The translations under genes were made by a program, and so were the position numbers. Shown piece after piece: positions 63,021-64,000 of a stretch of DNA of 64,000 nt (the stretch's first letter is position 1; every line of letters begins with the position of its first letter). Below the pieces are notes generated by a model, which was not told where the DNA came from, made no database searches, and saw only the letters and a list, made by a program, of their open reading frames with translations. The stretch comes from Hemiscyllium ocellatum (taxonomy: Eukaryota), in contig NC_083406.1 of the NCBI RefSeq assembly GCF_020745735.1, positions 28,642,255-28,706,254 of the forward strand. The letters run 5' to 3'.

Positions 63021-64000
63021 GAACACAAGACAATGGTATGGATAATGACAAGGAGGATTGTGGTTAAGTACGTTTCTTTCACCAGGCTGTTTAAAACAGC
63101 ATCGAACTTCCCAGTAGCTTTGCAATGATTAAATTCTCAGTACGCTGTTATCTACTGCAGTGAAAATACCTGCTTGTTTATTATCACTGTGATTAATCCA
63201 GTAATCAGATATTCCAAGATGAGATCTCATGCATTATCAATACTAATACATCCTCCTTTGTTCGCAAATATTATGTCGTGACTTTCTCACTTTTAATACA
63301 AAACATCATTATTTAACTTTTGTAAAACATGACTATCGTTTCTGAGGGAGGATCAACTGACCCCAATAAAACCCTAAGCTGGTGTCACACTGCCCTCTGT
63401 TCTGTCATGTGATGCACTGTCACTCAACAAACCTCAGTGACTAGAATAGAATGAGCTGTTCGTGAGGTCATACAAAATCCATGCATCTGCAGTCACCTTG
63501 CAATGAAGCCCCAGCCTTTTTACCAAGTAGTTTTGTACTGAAACTCTGATCTTCTCATAACAAGCTTGGAGTACAATGCATTTGCCACGTGACATGCATG
63601 TTCGATACAGTCGGTTTATGAGAGTTGTAACTACTAAGCTTAATGCTCCTTCCACACCAGAACCTTAGCTTTTCAAATCTGTATTCCTGGCACCGAGCTA
63701 CACATGGCCACTGTGTGAATTTGCAAAAATCATCCCCATTTACAATATTTGATTATAATCCCTGAAATGTTTCAAAATGAAGCTGATAGCTGGCATGGAC
63801 AGCAACAGTAAAGTCCTTTTTTAAGAAAGTTGTGCCTGGAAAATAAAGAAATGATTTTCCTTACTTACTCCAAGCAAATGAAAAAGTTTAATTTTTCCCT
63901 TCACATTCCATCGATGGTATGTTAACAATCTTGGTTTGCAAACTCCACATGGGGTGTCTCAGCTTCCCATGGGTCACCCCACAAATGAAACTGGATTGGT

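Noticed and set aside
63850-63920. Minus-strand GTAAG donors near the window end as KLF12 exon 2
   Set aside because: The translation does not resemble the KLF12 N-terminus and no supporting acceptor was seen.
1-64000. CRISPR array or prokaryote-type defence system
   Set aside because: No regularly spaced repeat-spacer array and no operon-like coding density; the content is vertebrate intron plus TEs.

Overview
AT-rich vertebrate genomic DNA. The repeat content (HE1/V-SINEs, Deu-domain SINEs, CR1/HER1-type LINEs, Penelope-like elements) points to a shark, probably a carpet shark; this is an inference. One host exon is recognisable: a 99-nt, phase 0/0 minus-strand exon at 13879-13977 encoding CSNSKDTFENIMLMLDGMPMARVKPELLESERG, which matches the N-terminus of KLF12. 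The rest of the window is therefore most likely KLF12 intron. Almost all ORFs in the supplied track are chance ORFs or decayed TE fragments. The most striking signal is a dense set of Penelope-like (GIY-YIG) retroelement insertions whose pseudo-LTR (pLTR) carries a minimal type I hammerhead ribozyme (HHR; CUGANGA-A-GGGC/GCCC-GAAA-CGUC, palindromic ACGU stem III). They include 94-134 bp ribozyme-only mini-elements with 13-16 bp TSDs, fold-back insertions with the 3' tail on one arm only, 5' junctions clustering just upstream of the ribozyme core, target microhomology at 3' junctions, and one TSD-flanked insertion made of the tail plus an inverted ORF start. Family names come from recalled consensus sequences, not from searches. 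An assembly gap lies at 20932-21113.
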